A DNA stretch of 64,000 bases, taken from positions 2,046,001-2,110,000 of the forward strand of contig OX337239.1 in assembly GCA_946965045.2 (NCBI GenBank). Direction: 5' to 3'. A program made the translations under genes and the position numbers. Positions 56,401 to 64,000 of this stretch are shown here, piece by piece. The first letter of the stretch is position 1. Each line of letters starts with the position of its first letter. Source of the DNA: Epithemia pelagica (Eukaryota > Protista > Bacillariophyta). Below the pieces are notes generated by a model. It saw only the letters and a list, made by a program, of their open reading frames with translations. It did no database searches and had not been told where the DNA came from.

Positions 56401-56777
56401 TTCAGCAGTGTGTGACTCTTGTGCTGTTGCAAGCCACAAAAATTGGTTCTTGTCCAGCAAAAATTTGGGCCAGTAGGCTTCCCTAAATGATGCAGTGCCA
56501 TGGTGTCTGTTGCAATGGGTGGCAATACGAATGGGAGTGGCTGAGAAACAATTTTTGGCAGTTGGTGAACGCATGGCCGTCTGGGGTTATCAAAATTTCA
56601 CTCTGTTTTTTTTTTCGGGAGTGAGGAAATATGGTGTGGGATGGACAGACCCTATTGCTGATGACAGGCAGACCATCAAAAAGCGGACATCTAGTCGGTG
56701 CCTAACATCAGAAACAAGGACATGAATTTGAGTCCACTACGACACAGGGGTAAACAATATATTTAATGACTTTGCTA

Positions 56778-57012
56778 GAAACACGAGTGGAAACATATCG
56801 CCAAAACTGGAAGCGTGACTGGAAACATCGGAAACAATTGGAAACACGACTGGAAACAATGGAAACAAGTGGAATCAAATGGAAACAACGTGGAAACATC
56901 GGACACACGACTGGAAACTTTGGGAAAATCTTGGAAACAACGGATACACGACTGGAAACTTTGGGAACATCTTGGAAACAACGGATACACGACTGGAAAC
57001 ATTGGAAACACG
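56778..57012 (+). repeat. GGAAAC(A)-rich low-complexity array (left)
   Basis: Many GGAAACA and CACGACTGGAAAC modules. Confidence 0.9.
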
Positions 57013-57145
57013 AAGAAAGATCTAAAGAAAGATCCTGAACTTTCTGGCTGAAAAGCACTCGGATCCTCACGGTATGGGGGCTTTGATGGAATGATCCTTG
57101 GACGTTGACGAGCATTCAACCTCGAACACAAAACAATCAACAACA

Positions 57146-57751
57146 ATGGCGAAATCAACGAGGAAGGGATGGATTGATTGGCGGACCAGTGAGGCAAAGG
57201 CCATCATCTTGCGAGACCTAGAGCCTGGTGGTGCCCTCTTCAAGAACAAGGATGCGAAGGCAGAGTAGGTGTTTGATTTCTACAAGAAAACAAAGCCAGT
57301 TCAATTTGCTGACGTCGTTTTCAGTCAGTTCAAAGAACGACTGGCTGATCACATCAAGCAATCAAACAAGGAGCGGTGGATGGCTGATCGGGATGCTGCT
57401 GCGTATGACAAGGACAGGAGGGTGCATCCACGGAAAGAGAAAAACCAACGTGGGGAGTTGGTGTATGATGTTCACCCGGCCCGAGAACTCCTACGGATGG
57501 ATGTGGCGAAAGGGCTACACAATGAGATGAAGCCTCGAGAGCTTCAGTCAACCCGACCGGAGTACAGATGCTTTAAGGCCAAACCCTTCAAGCATCACAT
57601 CTACCAAGAAGAAAGCCGCCAGAGGTATATGAACTACCTCGAGAAGAAACGTGAAGAAAAAGAGCGTGAAATGGCAAAGCAACGACAAAGCGAGCAACGT
57701 AAAAAGAAAAAGAGAGGAGACAACGAGAAAAAGCCTAGTAGTAGTATCTAA
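57146..57751 (+). pseudogene. Harbinger-associated accessory protein (201 codons) with an in-frame TAG at 57266-57268
   Basis: ATG 57146 reads MAKSTRKGWIDWRTSEAKAIILRDL...KAE*VFDFYKK, continuing into track ORF 57269-57751 (..M.P.EL...RPEY..F....FKHHIYQEE.R). Confidence 0.65.
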
Positions 57752-57786
57752 ATGAATCTCATCCTATTTAGTTATCCATGTTATGT

Positions 57787-58707
57787 CTACGGTTCAAAGA
57801 GTATGGCTGTTCCATCGTTCAAAGCGTATTGGATGGTGACAGCAATCGCACGAAAAGCAAGTCCGTGCTGCTTGTCCGTATGACGCCATGTCTGGCTCAT
57901 AGTTGCGTAGAAGGCCATCGTTCCGTTGAACGTTTCATGTCGCAGGCGAATCCGACTCTTCAAGTTATTTACAAGCTTCGAGTCTTGTTGTGGGTTTGGC
58001 CATGCTATCTTGTGCGCGAACTGCTCTTTGATATACCCGCGATCACAATTGGCCAGTTTACCGGGAACGAGTCGATTCAGGATGCCCGAGCGCTCCAGCA
58101 TCTCTTTGTCGCCCATTCCGCCGCGCACCGGACCAAAAATGTGGACGCATTGCTGGCGGTGCGCACAAAGGGTCACTTGGTACTTGATGCCCCCGTGGGC
58201 ATGCTTCTGCGTATAATTCTTTCGGTCGTGGGGCAAGCGCTCAGTCTTGTGTGGACGTTCCCAAGTCTTCTTGTCGACACCATCGATCGACACAACGTTC
58301 ACTTCCGTGTCCGAACGGTCAAGTGCTTTCGGCCAATCAATGACCAGCTTCTCTAGTCCAGCAATCTTTTGAATCCAGTCCCATAAGTGCTTGCCCCGAG
58401 CATAGTCGGTACACATACGGAACCTATCTGCTAGTTGATCACTATTACGCGGGTAGTTCCATAGAAAGTAGTGAGAAACTAGAAACATTTTCAAGCCACG
58501 TCGTTTTTCCTTTTCAGTCAACTTAGCCTCTTCAATGTCCGTTGTACACAGGGCGTACCACTGAGTGGCTAAAGTCAGAGGATGTGCTCCATAGTGCTTC
58601 TTAAATTTAATCAGCCGTCGTTCCTTAGTCAATTTCTTGTCATTGTCAATACTAAGAAGAATCAACCCAAGGTTGAGCACTTGATCGGGAAGAATCAAAT
58701 CTGGCAT
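57787..58707 (-). CDS. PIF/Harbinger-type DDE transposase (DDE_Tnp_4-like), ~306 aa
   Basis: VSIDGVD, GIKYQV, HIFGP..GG..D, CDRGY, IRLRHETFNG. First ATG at 58707. Confidence 0.85.
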   Translation of the reverse strand: MPDLILPDQVLNLGLILLSIDNDKKLTKERRLIKFKKHYGAHPLTLATQWYALCTTDIEEAKLTEKEKRRGLKMFLVSHYFLWNYPRNSDQLADRFRMCTDYARGKHLWDWIQKIAGLEKLVIDWPKALDRSDTEVNVVSIDGVDKKTWERPHKTERLPHDRKNYTQKHAHGGIKYQVTLCAHRQQCVHIFGPVRGGMGDKEMLERSGILNRLVPGKLANCDRGYIKEQFAHKIAWPNPQQDSKLVNNLKSRIRLRHETFNGTMAFYATMSQTWRHTDKQHGLAFRAIAVTIQYALNDGTAILFEP

Positions 58708-59087
58708 GGCCAAAATGTGAGCGTGGTTTGAGATTTGAGATCTTTTAGAGAACGAAGAATTAGGAAAATTCTACCTACTCGGGAAATCAATCCACAATGG
58801 CGAATTCATCAAACTTGCCACATACAATTGGGATCCCGAGTTCCCACGCAATCATCCTATGTATTCACACAATGCGATCACGAGTTCCCACGCAATCAAC
58901 CTATGTAATCATAGAGACGATAACAACAAAACAACAATCAAACTTGTTTATTTATCAACTGAATGGTCACGAAGCTTTGGCCATTCAGTCTGGCGCCTGA
59001 CTGGTTGGCGCCTGATTTGTTGGCGCTTTGTTTTGACAGGACGACGGTGGTCACGGGAAAACTGGTTGATTGTTGGTGGTCACAAAA

Positions 59088-60500
59088 ATGGCAGAAGAGG
59101 AAGCTCCACAAGTCGAAACAAAAGAGCCCCTCTCGTTGGATTTGGAAACAACCAAGTGCCTTATCACCGACTTCGAGGAATCCGACCAGCCGAGATCATC
59201 CTTTGATCTCTTGGGTTTGTGTAACAACAACCTTGCGGACTACGGCTTCGAAGGAACGAAGCTACGCAGGAAAGTGCAATTGCGCTGGTCGAAGCTCAAG
59301 CGGAAAACAGTTGATTGCTACGTGAGGTACCTTGAGCGCCTCGATATCCAACTCAGCCGCAAGAGAAGAAAAGAGCTCCAAGATTACCAACAGAGGAAAA
59401 TGGTGAAGACGCGCAACAGAAGCGGATCCAACGACGGCTCTCAGGCCGATGATGACTCGACCTTCCCCCCAATCCATGGTGACCCTTACAATGAAGACCA
59501 AGATGCGGCGTCTTTTCACAATGGCGACGACGACGACGATGACGACCGAAAGCCACCAGCTGCTATCCCCTACTATGGCACCCCTTCGCACACTGAAAAG
59601 AAGAAGACTCCAAGTCGCGGCGTGAGATATGGACGAGGAGATGGTGGACACACTCGTGGTGACTTACCTCCTGCGGCTGCGGCTGCGGCTGCAATGTTTG
59701 CGAGCCCTCCTCAGGTTGCCCATGATCCGCCCGTTCATGGGCAACACGTCTTCGGCCGAGTTTCTCCCATGGTTCCCATGCCTCGTATGGCTCGTGCATT
59801 CCATCCTCCTCATCGTGTCCAGAATCTCCCCGCCTTTGGCTACCCCCTTTCGCTCTTGGCAGAACAGGATGGTACGGTGAAGCGTCCGTGGGTTGTGATT
59901 GTGAGTGGTCTGCCTGAACGCAACCGCGATTTCAACATCCAGTTTGTGGAAGGAATCACTCAAGATGATATCTTCTCGCGGAATGGATTCCATGTCCGTC
60001 GGGCCGTCGCCGGTCCTGATTTCTACTTATGGGAGGCAACGATCCCGGATCCTGAGCAGTTCGGATTGGGTCCTGAGTGGAAGGATCGCATAATTTTGAT
60101 TAAGGAACCAGCTCAAGATTTTTGGTTGCGCAACACCCAACGCTACCACAGCGGGAAGAATAAGATCGACTGCCCCGCGACCATGAAAGCCCATTTGGCA
60201 ACCAGTGTCGCGATTGACGAAGAAGATGCTCAGAAGAGGTTTTGGGGCTATTACATCCTAGCATTCGGTCCGACTATCGAGCTTGACAACCAGATCTTTT
60301 CGCGAGAGGAAGGGGTTGTTCCGATCATGAACAACCCGCTTACGCTTAAGAAAGATGATGCCGACAACAAGTTCGGCCAGAAATTTTTGGGCATGACTGT
60401 GTACTGGCGCATTGCAGTTCGTGGAGGTATTAAGATTGGTCAGCAGAAGAAGCGTGAAGACGACGCCAAGGACATGTTTGCTGATGACAGAGATTACTAA
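59088..60500 (+). CDS. Hypothetical protein divergent from the transposase; N-terminal helical, possibly Myb/SANT-like, domain
   Basis: 470-aa ORF. N-terminal LRRKVQLRWSKLKRK, acidic/Pro-rich linker, and a globular C-terminus. The position fits a Harbinger DNA-binding partner, but the fold call is weak. Confidence 0.6.
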   Translation: MAEEEAPQVETKEPLSLDLETTKCLITDFEESDQPRSSFDLLGLCNNNLADYGFEGTKLRRKVQLRWSKLKRKTVDCYVRYLERLDIQLSRKRRKELQDYQQRKMVKTRNRSGSNDGSQADDDSTFPPIHGDPYNEDQDAASFHNGDDDDDDDRKPPAAIPYYGTPSHTEKKKTPSRGVRYGRGDGGHTRGDLPPAAAAAAAMFASPPQVAHDPPVHGQHVFGRVSPMVPMPRMARAFHPPHRVQNLPAFGYPLSLLAEQDGTVKRPWVVIVSGLPERNRDFNIQFVEGITQDDIFSRNGFHVRRAVAGPDFYLWEATIPDPEQFGLGPEWKDRIILIKEPAQDFWLRNTQRYHSGKNKIDCPATMKAHLATSVAIDEEDAQKRFWGYYILAFGPTIELDNQIFSREEGVVPIMNNPLTLKKDDADNKFGQKFLGMTVYWRIAVRGGIKIGQQKKREDDAKDMFADDRDY

Positions 60501-60672
60501 CTTTTACAACAACAACAACAAATTCCTGATGCATGAAGAGATTTCCATACATGACGAGTAGTTCCTTAGTGATACATGACGAGTAGTTTAAACCTAATTA
60601 GTAGTACAAAAACAAACCAATACAGAGTGTTTCTCATATAACACATCATTCTCTATAGATTACTGTCGACTA

Positions 60673-61116
60673 CTAGTTGTTGTTGTTGCGACGAAAGCGA
60701 ACTCGACGCCAGCGCTGTTTTTCGACTGGCTTGGATGCCTGAGTCGCAACTGCCTGTTGTAGGTATTCGAGAAAGATGTTGGAAATTCGTTTGCCACTGT
60801 CACCCTCTGGCAGAATTTCTTCACACTCTGCGAGGGACTTTGCCAAACGCCGCAGCATGGCATCAATGTCAGCATGCTGCTGAACTGCAGCCTCTTCGTA
60901 GTTTGTTGGGTTGCGAATTGCGGTCCTCAGCACGTAGTTTTCGTGCTTGACCTTTGTGCACTTCTCTTTTCCAGCCTTTAAGGCTACAATCACGTAGACA
61001 AAGCATGTGCTGCACTGCCTGTCTCGATTTAGCCATCCATAGAGGCCCTGATAGGTGCCTCCCACGAACTTGATTGCTGCTCCCTTGGTCGGTGGTTGTT
61101 CTGCTGGCGCTGGCAT
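60673..61116 (-). CDS. Small hypothetical protein (147 aa) with KOW-like N-terminus
   Basis: ATG 61116 reads MPAPAEQPPTKGAAIKFVGGTYQGLYGW, followed by a helical C-terminal half. Confidence 0.55.
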   Translation of the reverse strand: MPAPAEQPPTKGAAIKFVGGTYQGLYGWLNRDRQCSTCFVYVIVALKAGKEKCTKVKHENYVLRTAIRNPTNYEEAAVQQHADIDAMLRRLAKSLAECEEILPEGDSGKRISNIFLEYLQQAVATQASKPVEKQRWRRVRFRRNNNN

Positions 61117-61312
61117 TTTGATGTTGTTGTTGTTGTTTTGGGGGTCGGTAGGGTCAGCACGACAGTATGTTTGATTATTGCTATAAAAATACAAAGAAGC
61201 ATTGTGAGAATGACGAACAAGCACAAGATACGAAGCAGCAATCAAACAAACAACTTACCATTTGTGAGCACAACGATTCATCCAGGGGACAGCAAACAGT
61301 TCTCACCAGATG

Positions 61313-61395
61313 GCGATGTTGGTGCGAGCGATGGAGTTGCAAGCGATGGAGTTGCAAGCGATGGAGGTGCAAGCGATGGAGGTGCAAGCGATGGC
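61313..61395 (+). repeat. 15-bp minisatellite (GCAAGCGATGGAG(T/G)T), about 5-6 units
   Basis: Directly visible tandem units. Confidence 0.85.
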
Positions 61396-61464
61396 GGTGT
61401 TAGCAATGATCGCAAATCTGGGCGACATGACATCGTGGAGGCGAAGGAAAAGCGAACGGCGATT

Positions 61465-61686
61465 GGAAACAATGGAAACAACGTGGAAACAACGGGCACA
61501 CGACTGGAAACATCGGAAACAACGTGGAAACAACGGGCACACGACTGGAAACATCGGAAACAACGTGGAAACAACGGGCACACGACTGGAAACAACTGGA
61601 AACAACTGGAAACAACGGAAACAACTGGAAACACGACTGGAAACAACGGAAACAACGGAAACAACTGGAAACATGACTCGAAACAT
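61465..61686 (+). repeat. GGAAAC(A)-rich low-complexity array (right), same orientation as the left array
   Basis: GGAAACAACGTGGAAACAACGGGCACACGACTGGAAAC occurs three times. A near-identical module is at ~56882. Confidence 0.9.
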
Positions 61687-61953
61687 CCTAAGTAAAATGT
61701 GCGAAAACGAATTTCAACAGTCTTTATTATTGTCTAGCCGTTAATATGTCCATTCAACCGTTAAGACTACAATTACTATCACGAGCCATGAATAAGTAAT
61801 TTTCTACCTTTCATGGCCCGCTTTGTATTTAGCGATCATTTGAAGTAGAGTTCTTATTACTTATTGGACTACACGTGCAACGGACCAATGGTAACATTTT
61901 TCATAGGTGTCCCTGGACAAATTGTACTACGAGTCCACTGATATCCTAGTAGT

Positions 61954-64000
61954 GGGTGTTTACTGAAATGTTTTTATCATAAACATAACATAAAACATAA
62001 ACACAACGCAAATTTTTGTAGGGCTCATAACCCGCTCATAACCTATTGGTTATGTTTGAGTTTATGATTCGTTGCTTGGTTATGAGGCATGAATTCATGT
62101 CTCATAACCGTTGTGTTCAAACATAACACAAAACACATCTGAAAAATTCTCAACGCATGCCCAACACCGGGCAGCGTATGAAAATGGACACGAGCTCCCC
62201 ACCAGATTCATGGGACTCTTGTTGGAACTTTGCCTAGATGATACACTGGTACACTGGGTACTGGGTATGTCACTGAACTTCCGCTCAATGCTTGATGAGG
62301 AAGAAGGAAGAAGGAAGAAGAATCATCAAGCGTGATGATGGTACCTTAGTCCATCGCACTCGCACCTCTTTTTTGATGCCAAAGACCGAAGAACAAAAAA
62401 GCAAGGCAAAAGCATAGAGATGCGTCGGATTGAGGTGGGGGGAAACTTCGGAGAATTTTTGTGTTACAGCATTACGATACGAGTAGGTTATGTTTTATGT
62501 TACGATAGGTTATGTTTTATGTTTCAAAGAGTTTCAGTGGCATAAGTAGTCATAAACATAAACATAACATAACGAGGCAAAAACTTTGTGTTCCCTCGGT
62601 ATCAGTGTCCACTGCTTAGCTGTTTTTTGTCTGCGCCACCTTCACAGGTTCCCGAGTGGACACAGACAGCATTTTTCGCTTTTGATGCAAATAGAAATTA
62701 TCAAATTGCAAATTGGCACGCATGCCCAGCTGAATTTTTCGACGTTTGAAACGGACGCAAGCCCAACAAGCGTCCCCTGGGTGGATGACGGTTGGTTGTT
62801 GCACAATTTGGGGCAAGCTCACATTCTCTTTTCTTTTGCCAAAGCACATCGTACTTACTACTTACGAATGTTACTGGCTTTCCAGGTGAGCTTGATCCAT
62901 TGCCAATTGCCATGTTGTCAATGACATTTCTCATGCTCACCGCCACTTGCCACTTTTGTTTGCTCTGCTCGTGGGAGACGCTACTCATCTGTTTAGTCGC
63001 TGGGCAGCTCATTACTTGCCATTGTTCATTCTTGTCGAACAGAAATGACTGGTTTTTGCTGAGCGCCATAACTTTGATTGCATTAAAAAAAACTCTATAC
63101 TCTAGACATTCTTTTGTTTATTTACTAGTAGTAGAACGCCAGTGCTTGTCATCCATGAGACTTTTGAGCCTTGTGAATTCGTGAATTCGTTGCAGCTTTG
63201 TTCTTTGCTGTGAGCACGACGATGGCCCTCAGTTTTGCTATGAAAACACAACAGAACAGCTCTCACAAGCTTGTACCGCTCACTTTGAGCACTCTGTGTC
63301 AACTACCTAGGTAGGATATGATAATTGGTCAGTAGGGTGTGGCAAGATGGCTTCCCATCTATTTGATGCAAAAACAACAGCGTTGAGAAATGATTGAGAA
63401 TGACAATATGATGAGAGACGAGAGAGAATAATCTATCCTATAGAGCATATGACAGTAGCCAAAAAACAATCAAACAACAAACGATTACGACAAGGAAAAG
63501 ATATTCCAGTTGACATCTGGCGGCTTGTCATCTACTCGTACGAAATGAGACAAAAGTAAAGGATCATGCAAGAACAATAGGAAAGACAGCTGAAGCAGTG
63601 ATGCGTGAGAAAAAGGGAAAAGAGACAACAAGATAAGTAATAAGCAGCAATAGAGAGAAACGGTTCAGTCCAGCATGATCCATCCATTGTTCTCACCTCA
63701 CTCCCGTCATGGTCAAGCATTTGGCTCGGTTTTGGGTTTTTGTGACAGGTGTCGAGATGATGATGGATGCCCAAATTTGAATCGTGGTGACCCGGCGAGG
63801 ACAACCACCAACCGTCAACTGTTACTTGCACGCTGGCCTTGCTTCAACCCTGAGGAATTTTAATGGTTAGACAGACAGACGAAAAACGAAAAATGCTGTC
63901 TGTGTGCACTTGGGAACCTGTAAAGGTGGCACAGACAAAAAACAGCTAAGCAGTGGACACTGATACCGAGGGTTATGTTATGTTTATGCTAAAAACATTT
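61954..64000. mobile_element. Composite foldback/MITE-like element, truncated by the window end
   Basis: Outer IR 61966-61993 versus 63973-64000 (27/28). Inner 86-bp IR 62593-62678 versus 63887-63972 (82/86). CATAAC/GTTATG modules occur in both orientations. Confidence 0.75.

Larger units (their letters stand above)
49792..56698. mobile_element. Mutator-like element (MULE), ~6.9 kb, with cargo gene and tandem array
   Basis: 30-bp TIRs CCGACTAG(G/A)TGTCCGCTT(C/T)TTGATGGT(T/C)TG (49792-49821 versus 56669-56698, 27/30). Encloses a MULE transposase. No 8-10-bp TSD visible. Confidence 0.8.
56778..61686. mobile_element. PIF/Harbinger-like multi-gene element (boundaries approximate)
   Basis: A DDE_Tnp_4-type transposase and three neighbouring ORFs, bracketed by homologous GGAAAC arrays. 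No TIR or TSD found by eye. Confidence 0.6.

Noticed and set aside
49770-56720. Target-site duplication for the MULE
   Set aside because: The flanks (TCTATTCCCT and TGCCTAACAT) do not match. A TGTTTCTGA inverted match further out has unequal spacing and may be chance.
56766-57197. ETRLET/WKQ-repeat ORFs here and at 61096-61744
   Set aside because: They are translations of GGAAAC-rich simple repeats and are open in many frames.
56699-61953. Terminal inverted repeats for the Harbinger-like module
   Set aside because: Compared 56699-56778 and 49690-49791 with the reverse complement of 61686-61953 by eye and found no convincing match. GAGTCCACT occurs on both sides but in direct orientation.
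1-64000. tRNA, rRNA or other structured RNA genes
   Set aside because: No cloverleaf, box A/B or rRNA-like sequence recognised by eye. tRNAscan-SE and Infernal would be needed to exclude them.

Overview
Eukaryotic nuclear DNA with short GT-AG introns and gene families typical of diatoms (DUF6824 protein, diatom-type cyclin, receptor cyclase-phosphodiesterase fusion). It is probably from a pennate diatom; this is inferred, not proven. The left ~34 kb is mostly ordinary host genes: importin-4-like, COQ6, cyclin, PTH2, two convergent MFS paralogues (one decayed), a GT-A-like and a sulfotransferase-like protein, and miaA. MITEs, small repeats and decayed ORFs lie between them. The right half is dominated by large multi-gene DNA transposons that I delimited by eye from their inverted repeats. 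(1) A 6,970-bp IS630/Tc1/mariner-like element (34778-41747; 31-bp TIRs, TA duplication) has an intact 1066-aa transposase and three cargo genes: a SET-domain methyltransferase with an acidic tail (one A7 frameshift), a TPxK-repeat protein, and an unknown. (2) A ~6.9-kb MULE (49792-56698; 30-bp TIRs) carries a possible TET/JBP-like dioxygenase gene next to a 177-bp tandem array. (3) A four-gene PIF/Harbinger-like module (~56.8-61.7 kb) is bracketed by GGAAAC arrays. (4) A nested foldback element runs off the right end. The best candidate for an undescribed system is the set of diatom DNA transposons carrying putative chromatin- and DNA-modifying cargo. All domain calls come from motif recognition by eye; no searches were run.
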